Positions 28,300-43,290 of a DNA stretch of 64,000 nucleotides are shown in pieces. Within the stretch, counting starts at the first letter, position 1; the number at the start of each line of letters is the position of its first letter. The notes below the pieces were generated by a model, which saw only the letters and a list, made by a program, of their open reading frames with translations, did not search any database and was not told the origin of the DNA. The stretch spans positions 22,940,001 through 23,004,000 of the forward strand of contig OZ024744.1 in assembly GCA_964016885.1 (NCBI GenBank), in the 5' to 3' direction. Both the position numbers and the translations under genes were made by a program. This DNA is from Eledone cirrhosa (lineage: Eukaryota).

Positions 28300-31200
28300 T
28301 AAAACGAGTCAGTTCTTAAGATTCAACTGTTGTTAAAACGAGTTTTATCTAAAGATTCAGCTGTTGTTAGAATGAGTCAGTTCTTAAGATTCAACTGTTG
28401 TTAAAACGAGTTTTATCTTAAGATTCAACTGTTGTTAAAACGAGTCAGTTCTGAAGAATCAACTGTTGTTAAAACGAGTTTTATTTGAAGATTCAACTGT
28501 AGTTAAAACGAGTCAGTGCTTAAGGTTGAACTGTTGATAAAACGAGTCAGTTCTTAAGATTCAACTGTTGTTAAAACGAGTTTTATCTTAAGATTCAGCT
28601 GTTGTTAAAACGAGTCAGTTCTTAAGATTCAACTGTTGTTAAAACGAATTTTATCTTAAGATTCAACTGTTGTTAAAACGAGTTTTATCTTAAGATTCAG
28701 CTGTTGTTAAAATGAGTCAGTTCTTAAGATTCAACTGTTGTTAAAACGAGTTTTATCTTAAGATTCAACTGTTGTTAAAACGAGTCAGTTCTTAAGATTC
28801 AACTGTTGTTAAAACGAGTTTTATCTTAAGATTCAACTGTTGTTAAAACGAGTCAGTTCTTAAGATTCAACTGTTGTTAAAACGAATTTTACCTTAAGAT
28901 TCAACTGTTGTTAAAACGAGATTTATCTTAAGATTCAGCTGTTGTTAAAACGAATCAGTTCTTAAGATTCAACTGTAGTTAAAACGAATTTTATTTGAAG
29001 ATTCAACTGTTGTTAAGATGAGTCAGTTCTTAAGGTTGAACTGTTGATAAAACGAGTCAGTTCTTAAGATTCAACTGTTGTTAAAACGAGTTTTATCTTA
29101 AGATTTAGCTGTTGTTAAAACGAGTCAGTTCTTAAGATTCAACTGTTGTTAAAACGAGTTTATCTTAAAATTCAGCCGTTGTTAAAACGAGTCAGTTCTT
29201 AAGATTCAACTGTTGTTAAAACGAGTTTTATCTTAAGATTCAACTGTTGTTAAAATGAGTCAGTTCTTAAGATTCAACTGTTGTTAAAACGAGTTTTATT
29301 TGAGGATTCAACTGTTGTTAAAACGAGTCAGTTCTTAAGATTGAACTGTTGAGAAAACGAGTCAGTTCTTAATATTCAACTGTTGTTAAAACGAGTTTTA
29401 TCTAGAGATTCAGCTGTTGTTAAAATGAGTCAGTTCTTAAGATTCAACTGTTGTTAAAACGAGTTTTATCTTAAGATTCAACTGTTGTTAAAACGAGTCA
29501 GTTCTGAAGAATCAACTGTTGTTAAAACGAGTTTTATTTGAAGATGCAACTGTTGTTAAAACGAGTCAGTGCTTAAGGTTGAACTGTTGATAAAACGAGT
29601 CAGTTCTTAAGATTCAACTGTTGTTAAAACGAGTTTTATCTTAAGATTCAACTGTTGTTAAAATGAGTCAGTTCTTAAGATTCAACTGTTGTTAAAACGA
29701 GTTTTATTTGAGGATTCAACTGTTGTTAAAACGAGTCAGTTCTTAAGATTGAACTGTTGAGAAAACGAGTCAGTTCTTAATATTCAACTGTTGTTAAAAC
29801 GAGTTTTATCTAGAGATTCAGCTGTTGTTAAAATGAGTCAGTTCTTAAGATTCAACTGTTGTTAAAACGAGTTTTATCTTAAGATTCAACTGTTGTTAAA
29901 ATGAGTCAGTTCTTAAGATTCAACTGTTGTTAAAATGAGTCAGTTCTTAAGATTCAACTGTTGTTAAAACGAGTTTTATTTGAGGATTCAACTGTTGTTA
30001 AAACGAGTCAGTTCTTAAGGTTGAACTGTTGAGAAAACGAGTCAGTTCTTAATATTCAACTGTTGTTAAAACGAGTTTTATCTAGAGATTCAGCTGTTGT
30101 GAAAATGAGTCAGTTCTTAAGATTCAACTGTTGTTAAAACGAGTTTTATCTTAAGATTCAACTGTTGTTAAAACGAGTCAGTTCTGAAGAATCAACTGTT
30201 GTTAAAACGAGTTTTATTTGAAGATGCAACTGTTGTTAAAACGAGTCAGTGCTTAAGGTTGAACTGTTGATAAAACGAGTCAGTTCTTAAGATTCAACTG
30301 TTGTTAAAACGAGTTTTATCTTAAGATTCAACTGTTGTTAAAACGAGTCAGTTCTTAAGATTCAACTGTTGTTAAAACGAGTTTTATCTAAAGATTCAGC
30401 TGTTGTTAGAATGAGTCAGTTCTTAAGATTCAACTGTTGTTAAAACGAGTTTTATCTTAAGATTCAACTGTTGTTAAAACGAGTCAGTTCTGAAGAATCA
30501 ACTGTTGTTAAAACGAGTTTTATTTGAAGATTCAACTGTAGTTAAAACGAGTCAGTGCTTAAGGTTGAACTGTTGATAAAACGAGTCAGTTCTTAAGATT
30601 CAACTGTTGTTAAAACGAGTTTTATCTTAAGATTCAGCTGTTGTTAAAACGAGTCAGTTCTTAAGATTCAACTGTTGTTAAAACGAATTTTATCTTAAGA
30701 TTCAACTGTTGTTAAAACGAGTTTTATCTTAAGATTCAGCTGTTGTTAAAATGAGTCAGTTCTTAAGATTCAACTGTTGTTAAAACGAGTTTTATCTTAA
30801 GATTCAACTGTTGTTAAAACGAGTCAGTTCTTAAGATTCAACTGTTGTTAAAACGAGTTTTATCTTAAGATTCAACTGTTGTTAAAACGAGTCAGTTCTT
30901 AAGATTCAACTGTTGTTAAAACGAATTTTACCTTAAGATTCAACTGTTGTTAAAACGAGATTTATCTTAAGATTCAGCTGTTGTTAAAACGAATCAGTTC
31001 TTAAGATTCAACTGTAGTTAAAACGAATTTTATTTGAAGATTCAACTGTTGTTAAGATGAGTCAGTTCTTAAGGTTGAACTGTTGATAAAACGAGTCAGT
31101 TCTTAAGATTCAACTGTTGTTAAAACGAGTTTTATCTTAAGATTTAGCTGTTGTTAAAACGAGTCAGTTCTTAAGATTCAACTGTTGTTAAAACGAGTTT

Positions 31201-32380
31201 ATCTTAAAATTCAGCCGTTGTTAAAACGAGTCAGTTCTTAAGATTCAACTGTTGTTAAAACGAGTTTTATCTTAAGATTCAACTGTTGTTAAAATGAGTC
31301 AGTTCTTAAGATTCAACTGTTGTTAAAACGAGTTTTATTTGAGGATTCAACTGTTGTTAAAACGAGTCAGTTCTTAAGATTGAACTGTTGAGAAAACGAG
31401 TCAGTTCTTAATATTCAACTGTTGTTAAAACGAGTTTTATCTAGAGATTCAGCTGTTGTTAAAATGAGTCAGTTCTTAAGATTCAACTGTTGTTAAAACG
31501 AGTTTTATCTTAAGATTCAACTGTTGTTAAAACGAGTCAGTTCTGAAGAATCAACTGTTGTTAAAACGAGTTTTATTTGAAGATGCAACTGTTGTTAAAA
31601 CGAGTCAGTGCTTAAGGTTGAACTGTTGATAAAACGAGTCAGTTCTTAAGATTCAACTGTTGTTAAAACGAGTTTTATCTTAAGATTCAACTGTTGTTAA
31701 AATGAGTCAGTTCTTAAGATTCAACTGTTGTTAAAACGAGTTTTATTTGAGGATTCAACTGTTGTTAAAACGAGTCAGTTCTTAAGATTGAACTGTTGAG
31801 AAAACGAGTCAGTTCTTAATATTCAACTGTTGTTAAAACGAGTTTTATCTAGAGATTCAGCTGTTGTTAAAATGAGTCAGTTCTTAAGATTCAACTGTTG
31901 TTAAAACGAGTTTTATCTTAAGATTCAACTGTTGTTAAAATGAGTCAGTTCTTAAGATTCAACTGTTGTTAAAATGAGTCAGTTCTTAAGATTCAACTGT
32001 TGTTAAAACGAGTTTTATTTGAGGATTCAACTGTTGTTAAAACGAGTCAGTTCTTAAGGTTGAACTGTTGAGAAAACGAGTCAGTTCTTAATATTCAACT
32101 GTTGTTAAAACGAGTTTTATCTAGAGATTCAGCTGTTGTGAAAATGAGTCAGTTCTTAAGATTCAACTGTTGTTAAAACGAGTTTTATCTTAAGATTCAA
32201 CTGTTGTTAAAACGAGTCAGTTCTGAAGAATCAACTGTTGTTAAAACGAGTTTTATTTGAAGATGCAACTGTTGTTAAAACGAGTCAGTGCTTAAGGTTG
32301 AACTGTTGATAAAACGAGTCAGTTCTTAAGATTCAACTGTTGTTAAAACGAGTTTTATCTTAAGATTCTGCTGTTGTTAA
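28300..32380 (+). repeat. Recent tandem duplication, period 2,039 bp (60 monomers), with a further related copy to ~34.6 kb
   Basis: GAAAATG (preceded by GTTGT) 30101/32140, ACCTTAAG 28891/30930 (third copy at 33512), and XbaI sites 29401/31440, 29809/31848, 30081/32120 all have offset 2039. Confidence 0.85.
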
Positions 32381-35300
32381 AACGAGTCAGTTCTTAAGAT
32401 TCAACTGTTTTTAAAACGAATTTTATCTTAAGATTCAACTGTTGTTAAAACGAGTTTTATCTTAAGATTCAGCTGTTGTTAAAACGAATCAGTTCTTAAG
32501 ATTCAACTGTTGTTAAAACGAGTTTTATTTGAAGATTCAACTGTTGTTAAGATGAGTCAGTTCTTAAGGTTGAACTGTTGATAAAACGAGTCAGTTCTTA
32601 AGATTCAACTGTTGTAAAACGAGTTTTATCTTAAGATTCAGCTGTTGTTAAAACGAGTCAGTTCTTAAGATTCAACTGTTGTTAAAACGAGTTTTATCTG
32701 AAGATTCAACTGTTGTTAAAACGAATCAGTTCTTAAGATTCAACTGTTGTTAAAATGAGTCAGTTCTTAAGATTCAACTGTTGTTAAAACGAGTTTTATC
32801 TTAAGATTCAACTGTTGTTAAAACGAGTCAGTTCTTAAGATTCAACTGTTGTTAAAACGAGTTTTATCTTAAGATTCAACTGTTGTTAAAACGAGTCAGT
32901 TCTTAAGGTTGAACTGTTGATAAAACGAGTCAGTTCTTAAGATTCAACTGTTGTTAAAACGAGTTTTATCTAAAGATTCAGCTGTTGTTAGAATGAGTCA
33001 GTTCTTAAGATTCAACTGTTGTTAAAACGAGTTTTATCTTAAGATTCAACTGTTGTTAAAACGAGTCAGTTCTGAAGAATCAACTGTTGTTAAAACGAGT
33101 TTTATTTGAAGATTCAACTGTAGTTAAAACGAGTCAGTGCTTAAGGTTGAACTGTTGATAAAACGAGTCAGTTCTTAAGATTCAACTGTTGTTAAAACGA
33201 GTTTTATCTTAAGATTCAGCTGTTGTTAAAACGAGTCAGTTCTTAAGATTCAACTGTTGTTAAAACGAATTTTATCTTAAGATTCAACTGTTGTTAAAAC
33301 GAGTTTTATCTTAAGATTCAGCTGTTGTTAAAATGAGTCAGTTCTTAAGATTCAACTGTTGTTAAAACGAGTTTTATCTTAAGATTCAACTGTTGTTAAA
33401 ACGAGTCAGTTCTTAAGATTCAACTGTTGTTAAAACGAGTTTTATCTTAAGATTCAACTGTTGTTAAAACGAGTCAGTTCTTAAGATTCAACTGTTGTTA
33501 AAACGAATTTTACCTTAAGATTCAACTGTTGTTAAAACGAGATTTATCTTAAGATTCAGCTGTTGTTAAAACGAATCAGTTCTTAAGATTCAACTGTAGT
33601 TAAAACGAATTTTATTTGAAGATTCAACTGTTGTTAAGATGAGTCAGTTCTTAAGGTTGAACTGTTGATAAAACGAGTCAGTTCTTAAGATTCAACTGTT
33701 GTTAAAACGAGTTTTATCTTAAGATTTAGCTGTTGTTAAAACGAGTCAGTTCTTAAGATTCAACTGTTGTTAAAACGAGTTTATCTTAAAATTCAGCCGT
33801 TGTTAAAACGAGTCAGTTCTTAAGATTCAACTGTTGTTAAAACGAGTTTTATCTTAAGATTCAACTGTTGTTAAAATGAGTCAGTTCTTAAGATTCAACT
33901 GTTGTTAAAACGAGTTTTATTTGAGGATTCAACTGTTGTTAAAACGAGTCAGTTCTTAAGATTGAACTGTTGAGAAAACGAGTCAGTTCTTAATATTCAA
34001 CTGTTGTTAAAACGAGTTTTATCTAGAGATTCAGCTGTTGTTAAAATGAGTCAGTTCTTAAGATTCAACTGTTGTTAAAACGAGTTTTATCTTAAGATTC
34101 AACTGTTGTTAAAACGAGTCAGTTCTGAAGAATCAACTGTTGTTAAAACGAGTTTTATTTGAAGATGCAACTGTTGTTAAAACGAGTCAGTGCTTAAGGT
34201 TGAACTGTTGATAAAACGAGTCAGTTCTTAAGATTCAACTGTTGTTAAAACGAGTTTTATCTTAAGATTCAACTGTTGTTAAAATGAGTCAGTTCTTAAG
34301 ATTCAACTGTTGTTAAAACGAGTTTTATTTGAGGATTCAACTGTTGTTAAAACGAGTCAGTTCTTAAGATTGAACTGTTGAGAAAACGAGTCAGTTCTTA
34401 ATATTCAACTGTTGTTAAAACGAGTTTTATCTAGAGATTCAGCTGTTGTTAAAATGAGTCAGTTCTTAAGATTCAACTGTTGTTAAAACGAGTTTTATCT
34501 TAAGATTCAACTGTTGTTAAAACGAGTCAGTTCTGAAGAATCAACTGTTGTTAAAACGAGTTTTATTTGAAGATGCAACTGTTGTTAAAACGAGTCAGTG
34601 CTTAAGGTTGAACTGTTGATAAAACGAGTCAGTTCTTAAGATTCAACTGTTGTTAAAACGAGTTTTATCTTAAGATTCTGCTGTTGTTAAAACGAGTCAG
34701 TTCTTAAGATTCAACTGTTTTTAAAACGAATTTTATCTTAAGATTCAACTGTTGTTAAAACGAGTTTTATCTTAAGATTCAGCTGTTGTTAAAACGAATC
34801 AGTTCTTAAGATTCAACTGTTGTTAAAACGAGTTTTATTTGAAGATTCAACTGTTGTTAAGATGAGTCAGTTCTTAAGGTTGAACTGTTGATAAAACGAG
34901 TCAGTTCTTAAGATTCAACTGTTGTAAAACGAGTTTTATCTTAAGATTCAGCTGTTGTTAAAACGAGTCAGTTCTTAAGATTCAACTGTTGTTAAAACGA
35001 GTTTTATCTGAAGATTCAACTGTTGTTAAAACGAATCAGTTCTTAAGATTCAACTGTTGTTAAAATGAGTCAGTTCTTAAGATTCAACTGTTGTTAAAAC
35101 GAGTTTTATCTTAAGATTCAACTGTTGTTAAAACGAGTCAGTTCTTAAGATTCAACTGTTGTTAAAACGAGTTTTATTTGAGGATTCAACTGTTGTTAAA
35201 ACGAGTCAGTTCTTAAGGTTGAACTGTTGATAAAACGAGTCAGTTCTTAAGATTCAACTGTTGTTAAAACGAGTTTTATCTAAAGATTCAGCTGTTGTTA

Positions 35301-38300
35301 GAATGAGTCAGTTCTTAAGATTCAACTGTTGTTAAAACGAGTTTTATCTTAAGATTCAACTGTTGTTAAAACGAGTCAGCTCTGAAGAATCAACTGTTGT
35401 TAAAACGAGTTTTATTTGAAGATTCAACTGTTGTTAAAACGAGTCAGTGCTTAAGGTTGAACTGTTGATAAAACGAGTCAGTTCTTAAGATTCAACTGTT
35501 GTTAAAACGAGTTTTATCTTAAGATTCAGCTGTTGTTAAAACGAGTCAGTTCTTAAGATTCAACTGTTGTTAAAACGAATTTTATCTTAAGATTCAACTG
35601 TTGTTAAAACGAGTTTTATCTTAAGATTCAGCTGTTGTTAAAATGAGTCAGTTCTTAAGATTCAACTGTTGTTAAAACGAGTTTTATCTTAAGATTCAAC
35701 TGTTGTTAAAACGAGTCAGTTCTTAAGATTCAACTGTTGTTAAAACGAATTTTATTTGAAGATTCAACTGTTGTTAAGATGAGTCAGTTCTTAAGGTTGA
35801 ACTGTTGATAAAACGAGTCAGTTCTTAAGATTCAACTGTTGTAAAACGAGTTTTATCTTAAGATTTAGCTGTTGTTAAAACGAGTCAGTTCTTAAGATTC
35901 AACTGTTGTTAAAACGAGTTTATCTTAAAATTCAGCCGTTGTTAAAACGAGTCAGTTCTTAAGATTCAACTGTTGTTAAAACAAGTTTTATCTTAAGATT
36001 CAACTGTTGTTAAAATGAGTCAGTTCTTAAGATTCAACTGTTGTTAAAACGAGTTTTATTTGAGGATTCAACTGTTGTTAAAACGAGTCAGTTCTTAAGG
36101 TTGAACTGTTGATAAAACGAGTCAGTTCTTAAGATTCAACTGTTGTTAAAACGAGTTTTATCTACAGATTCAGCTGTTGTTAAAATGAGTCAGTTCTTAA
36201 GATTCAACTGTTGTTAAAACGAGTTTTATCTTAAGATTCATCTGTTGTTAAAACGAGTCAGTTCTGAAGAATCAACTGTTGTTAAAACGAGTTTATTTGA
36301 AGATTCAACTGTTGTTAAAACGAGTCAGTGCTTAAGTTTGAACTGTTGATAAAACGAGTCAGTTCTTAAGATTCAACTGTTGTTAAAACGAGTTTTATCT
36401 TAAGATTCAGCTGTTGTTAAAACGAGTAAGTTCTTAAGATTCAACTGTTGTTAAAACGAATTTTATCTTAAGATTCAACTGTTGTTAAAACGAGTTTTAT
36501 CTTAAGATTCAGCTGTTGTTAAAATGAGTCAGTTCTTAAGATTCAACTGTTGTTAAAACGAGTTTTATCTTAAGATTCAACTGTTGTTAAAACGAGTCAG
36601 TTCTTAAGATTCAACTGTTGTTAAAACGAGTTTTATCTTAAGATTCAACTGTTGTTAAAACGAGTCAGTTCTTAAGATTCAACTGTTGTTAAAACGAATT
36701 TTACCTTAAGATTCAACTGTTGTTAAAACGAGATTTATCTTAAGATTCAGCTGTTGTTAAAACGAATCAGTTCTTAAGATTCAACTGTTGTTAAAACGAA
36801 TTTTATTTGAAGATTCAACTGTTGTTAAGATGAGTCAGTTCTTAAGGTTGAACTGTTGATAAAACGAGTCAGTTCTTAAGATTCAACTGTTGTTAAAACG
36901 AGTTTTATCTTAAGATTTAGCTGTTGTTAAAACGAGTCAGTTCTTAAGATTCAACTGTTGTTAAAACGAGTTTATCTTAAAATTCAGCCGTTGTTAAAAC
37001 GAGTCAGTTCTTAAGATTCAACTGTTGTTAAAACGAGTTTTATCTTAAGATTCAACTGTTGTTAAAACGAGTCAGTTCTTAAGATTCAACTGTTGTTAAA
37101 ACGAGTTTTATCTTAAGATTCAACTGTTGTTAAAACGAGTCAGTTCTTAAGATTCAACTGTTGTTAAAACGAGTCAGTGCTTAAGGTTGAACTGTTGATA
37201 AAAGGAGTCAGTTCTTAAGATTCAACTGTTGTTAAAACGAGTTTTATCTTAAGATTCTGCTGTTGTTAAAACGAGTCAGTTCTTAAGATTCAACTGTTTT
37301 TAAAACGAATTTTATCTTAAGATTCAACTGTTGTTAAAACGAGTTTTATCTTAAGATTCAGCTGTTGTTAAAACGAATCAGTTCTTAAGATTCAACTGTT
37401 GTTAAAACGAGTTTTATTTGAAGATTCAACTGTTGTTAAGATGAGTCAGTTCTTAAGGTTGAACTGTTGATAAAACGAGTCAGTTCTTAAGATTCAACTG
37501 TTGTAAAACGAGTTTTATCTTAAGATTCAGCTGTTGTTAAAACAAGTCAGTTCTTAAGATTCAACTGTTGTTAAAACGAGTTTTATCTGAAGATTCAACT
37601 GTTGTTAAAACGAATCAGTTCTTAAGATTCAACTGTTGTTAAAATGAGTCAGTTCTTAAGATTCAACTGTTGTTAAAACTAGTTTTATCTTAAGATTCAA
37701 CTGTTGTTAAAACGAGTCAGTTATTAAGATTCAACTGTTGTTAAAACGAGTTTTATTTGAGGATTCAACTGTTGTTAAAACGAGTCAGTTCTTAAGGTTG
37801 AACTGTTGATAAAACGAGTCTGTTCTTAAGATTCAACTGTTGTTAAAACGAGTTTTATCTAAAGATTCAGCTGTTGTTAGAATGAGTCAGTTCTTAAGAT
37901 TCAACTGTTGTTAAAACGAGTTTTATCTTAAGATTCAACTGTTGTTAAAACGAGTCAGTTCTGAAGAATCAACTGTTGTTAAAACGAGTTTTATTTGAAG
38001 ATTCAACTGTTGTTAAAACGAGTCAGTGCTTAAGGTTGAACTGTTGATAAAACGAGTCAGTTCTTAAGATTCAACTGTTGTTAAAACGAGTTTTATCTTA
38101 AGATTCAGCTGTTGTTAAAACGAGTCAGTTCTTAAGATTCAACTGTTGTTAAAACGAATTTTATCTTAAGATTCAACTGTTGTTAAAACGAGTTTTATCT
38201 TAAGATTCAGCTGTTGTTAAAATGAGTCAGTTCTTAAGATTCAACTGTTGTTAAAACGAGTTTTATCTTAAGATTCAACTGTTGTTAAAACGAGTCAGTT

Positions 38301-40369
38301 CTTAAGATTCAACTGTTGTTAAAACGAATTTTATTTGAAGATTCAACTGTTGTTAAGATGAGTCAGTTCTTAAGGTTGAACTGTTGATAAAACGAGTCAG
38401 TTCTTAAGATTCAACTGTTGTAAAACGAGTTTTATCTTAAGATTTAGCTGTTGTTAAAACGAGTCAGTTCTTAAGATTCAACTGTTGTTAAAACGAGTTT
38501 ATCTTAAAATTCAGCCGTTGTTAAAACGAGTCAGTTCTTAAGATTCAACTGTTGTTAAAACGAGTTTTATCTTAAGATTCAACTGTTGTTAAAATGAGTC
38601 AGTTCTGAAGATTCAACTGTTGTTAAAACGAGTTTTATTTGAGGATTCAACTGTTGTTAAAACGAGTCAGTTCTTAAGGTTGAACTGTTGATAAAACGAG
38701 TCAGTTCTTAAGATTCAACTGTTGTTAAAACGAGTTTTATCTACAGATTCAGCTGTTGTTAAAATGAGTCAGTTCTTAAGATTCAACTGTTGTTAAAACG
38801 AGTTTTATCTTAAGATTCATCTGTTGTTAAAACGAGTCAGTTCTGAAGAATCAACTGTTGTTAAAACGAGTTTTATTTGAAGATTCAACTGTTGTTAAAA
38901 CGAGTCAGTGCTTAAGGTTGAACTGTTGATAAAACGAGTCAGTTCTTAAGATTCAACTGTTGTTAAAACGAGTTTTATCTTAAGATTCAGCTGTTGTTAA
39001 AACGAGTCAGTTCTTAAGATTCAACTGTTGTTAATACGAATTTTATCTTAAGATTCAACTGTTGTTAAAACGAGTTTTATCTTAAGATTCAGCTGTTGTT
39101 AAAACGAATCAGTTCTTAAGATTCAACTGTTGTTAAAACGAGTTTTATTTGAAGATTCAACTGTTGTTAAGATGAGTCAGTTCTTAAGGTTGAACTGTTG
39201 ATAAAACGAGTCAGTTCTTAAGATTCAACTGTTGTAAAACGAGTTTTATCTTAAGATTCAGCTGTTGTTAAAACGTGTCAGTTCTTAAGATTCAACTGTT
39301 GTTAAAACGAGTTTTATCTTAAGATTCAACTGTTGTTAAAACGAATCAGTTCTTAAGATTCAACTGTTGTTAAAATGAGTCAGTTCTTAAGATTCAACTG
39401 TTGTTAAAACGAGTTTTATCTTAAGATTCAACTGTTGTTAAAACGAGTCAGTTCTTAAGATTCAACTGTTGTTAAAACGAGTTTTATTTGAGGATTCAAC
39501 TGTTGTTAAAACGAGTCAGTTCTTAAGGTTGAACTGTTGATAAAACGAGTCAGTTCTTAAGATTCAACTGTTGTTAAAACGAGTTTTATCTAAAGATTCA
39601 GCTGTTGTTAAAATGAGTCAGTTCTTATGATTCAACTGTTGTTAAAACTAGTTTTATCTTAAGATTCAACTGTTGTTAAAACGAGTCAGTTCTGAAGAAT
39701 CGACTGTTGTTAAAACGAGTTTTATTTGAAGATTCAACTGTTGTTAAAACGAGTCAGTGCTTAAGGTTGAACTGTTGATAAAACGAGTCAGTTCTTAAGA
39801 TTCAACTGTTGTTAAAACGAGTTTTATCTTAAGATTCAGCTGTTGTTAAAACGAGTCAGTTCTTAAGATTCAACTGTTGTTAAAACGAATTTTATCTTAC
39901 GATTCAACTGTTGTTAAAACGAGTTTTATCTTAAGATTCAGCTGTTGTTAAAACGAATCAGTTCTTAAGATTCAACTGTTGTTAAAACGAGTTTTATTTG
40001 AAGATTCAACTGTTGTAAAACGAGTTTTATCTTAAGATTCAGCTGTTGTTAAAACGAGTCAGTTCTTAAGATTTAACTGTTGTTAAAACGAGTTTTATCT
40101 TAAGATTCAACTGTTGTTAAAACGAATCAGTTCTTAAGATTCAACTGTTGTTAAAATGAGTCAGTTCTTAAGATTCAACTGTTGTTAAAACGAGTTTTAT
40201 CTTAAGATTCAACTGTTGTTAAAACGAGTCAGTTCTTAAGATTCAACTGTAGTTAAAACGAGTTTTATCTGAAGATTCAACTGTTGTTAAAACGAATCAG
40301 TTCTTAAGATTCAACTGTTGTTAAAATAAGTCAGTTCTTAAGATTCAACTGTTGTTAAAACGAGTTTTA

Positions 40370-43290
40370 TCTTAAGATTCAACTGTTCTTAAAACGAGTC
40401 AGTTCTTAAGGTTGAACTGTTGTTAAAACGAGTCAGTTCTTAAGATTCAACTGTTGTTAAAACTAGTTTTATCTTAAGATTTAGCTGTTGTTAAAACGAG
40501 TCAGTTCTTAAGATTCAACTGTTGTTAAAACGAGTTTTATCTTAAGATTCAACTGTTGTTAAAATGAGTCAGTTCTTAAGATTCAACTGTTGTTAAAACG
40601 AGTTTTATCTAAAGATTCAGCTGTTGTTAGAATGAGTCAGTTCTTAAGATTCAACTGTTGTTAAAACGAGTTTTATCTTAAGATTCAACTGTTGTTAAAA
40701 CGAGTCAGTTCTGAAGAATCAACTGTTGTTAAAACGAGTTTTATTTGAAGATTCAACTGTTGTTAAAACGAGTCAGTGCCTAAGGTTGAACTGTTGATAA
40801 AACGAGTCAGTTCTTAAGATTCAACTGTTGTTAAAACGAGTTTTATCTTAAGATTCAGCTGTTGTTAAAACGAGTCAGTTCTTAAGATTCAACTGTTGTT
40901 AAAACGAATTTTATCTTAAGATTCAACTGTTGTTAAAACGAGTTTTATCTTAAGATTCAGCTGTTGTTAAAATGAGTCAGTTCTTAAGATTCAACTGTTG
41001 TTAAAACGAGTTTTATCTTAAGATTCAACTGTTGTTAAAACGAGTCAGTTCTTAAGATTCAACTGTTGTTAAAACGAATTTTATTTGAAGATTCAACTGT
41101 TGTTAAGATGAGTCAGTTCTTAAGGTTGAACTGTTGATAAAACGAGTCAGTTCTTAAGATTCAACTGTTGTAAAACGAGTTTTATCTTAAGATTTAGCTG
41201 TTGTTAAAACGAGTCAGTTCTTAAGATTCAACTGTTGTTAAAACGAGTTTATCTTAAAATTCAGCCGTTGTTAAAACGAGTCAGTTCTTAAGATTCAACT
41301 GTTGTTAAAACGAGTTTTATCTTAAGATTCAACTGTTGTTAAAATGAGTCAGTTCTGAAGATTCAACTGTTGTTAAAACGAGTTTTATTTGAGGATTCAA
41401 CTGTTGTTAAAACGAGTCAGTTCTTAAGGTTGAACTGTTGATAAAACGAGTCAGTTCTTAAGATTCAACTGTTGTTAAAACGAGTTTTATCTACAGATTC
41501 AGCTGTTGTTAAAATGAGTCAGTTCTTAAGATTCAACTGTTGTTAAAACGAGTTTTATCTTAAGATTCATCTGTTGTTAAAACGAGTCAGTTCTGAAGAA
41601 TCAACTGTTGTTAAAACGAGTTTTATTTGAAGATTCAACTGTTGTTAAAACGAGTCAGTGCTTAAGGTTGAACTGTTGATAAAACGAGTCAGTTCTTAAG
41701 ATTCAACTGTTGTTAAAACGAGTTTTATCTTAAGATTCAGCTGTTGTTAAAACGAGTCAGTTCTTAAGATTCAACTGTTGTTAATACGAATTTTATCTTA
41801 AGATTCAACTGTTGTTAAAACGAGTTTTATCTTAAGATTCAACTGTTCTTAAAACGAGTCAGTTCTTAAGGTTGAACTGTTGTTAAAACGAGTCAGTTCT
41901 TAAGATTCAACTGTTGTTAAAACTAGTTTTATCTTAAGATTTAGCTGTTGTTAAAACGAGTCAGTTCTTAAGATTCAACTGTTGTTAAAACGAGTTTTAT
42001 CTTAAGATTCAACTGTTGTTAAAATGAGTCAGTTCTTAAGATTCAACTGTTGTTAAAACGAGTTTTATCTAAAGATTCAGCTGTTGTTAGAATGAGTCAG
42101 TTCTTAAGATTCAACTGTTGTTAAAACGAGTTTTATCTTAAGATTCAACTGTTGTTAAAACGAGTCAGTTCTGAAGAATCAACTGTTGTTAAAACGAGTT
42201 TTATTTGAAGATTCAACTGTTGTTAAAACGAGTCAGTGCCTAAGGTTGAACTGTTGATAAAACGAGTCAGTTCTTAAGATTCAACTGTTGTTAAAACGAG
42301 TTTTATCTTAAGATTCAGCTGTTGTTAAAACGAGTCAGTTCTTAAGATTCAACTGTTGTTAAAACGAATTTTATCTTAAGATTCAACTGTTGTTAAAACG
42401 AGTTTTATCTTAAGATTCAGCTGTTGTTAAAATGAGTCAGTTCTTAAGATTCAACTGTTGTTAAAACGAGTTTTATCTTAAGATTCAACTGTTGTTAAAA
42501 CGAGTCAGTTCTTAAGATTCAACTGTTGTTAAAACGAATTTTATTTGAAGATTCAACTGTTGTTAAGATGAGTCAGTTCTTAAGGTTGAACTGTTGATAA
42601 AACGAGTCAGTTCTTAAGATTCAACTGTTGTAAAACGAGTTTTATCTTAAGATTTAGCTGTTGTTAAAACGAGTCAGTTCTTAAGATTCAACTGTTGTTA
42701 AAACGAGTTTATCTTAAAATTCAGCCGTTGTTAAAACGAGTCAGTTCTTAAGATTCAACTGTTGTTAAAACGAGTTTTATCTTAAGATTCAACTGTTGTT
42801 AAAATGAGTCAGTTCTGAAGATTCAACTGTTGTTAAAACGAGTTTTATTTGAGGATTCAACTGTTGTTAAAACGAGTCAGTTCTTAAGGTTGAACTGTTG
42901 ATAAAACGAGTCAGTTCTTAAGATTCAACTGTTGTTAAAACGAGTTTTATCTACAGATTCAGCTGTTGTTAAAATGAGTCAGTTCTTAAGATTCAACTGT
43001 TGTTAAAACGAGTTTTATCTTAAGATTCATCTGTTGTTAAAACGAGTCAGTTCTGAAGAATCAACTGTTGTTAAAACGAGTTTTATTTGAAGATTCAACT
43101 GTTGTTAAAACGAGTCAGTGCTTAAGGTTGAACTGTTGATAAAACGAGTCAGTTCTTAAGATTCAACTGTTGTTAAAACGAGTTTTATCTTAAGATTCAG
43201 CTGTTGTTAAAACGAGTCAGTTCTTAAGATTCAACTGTTGTTAATACGAATTTTATCTTAAGATTCAACTGTTGTTAAAACGAGTTTTAT
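40370..43290 (+). repeat. Recent tandem duplication, period 1,460 bp (43 monomers)
   Basis: CAGTGCCTAAG 40774/42234 and AACTAGTTTT 40461/41921 both have offset 1460 = 43x34-2. Confidence 0.85.
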
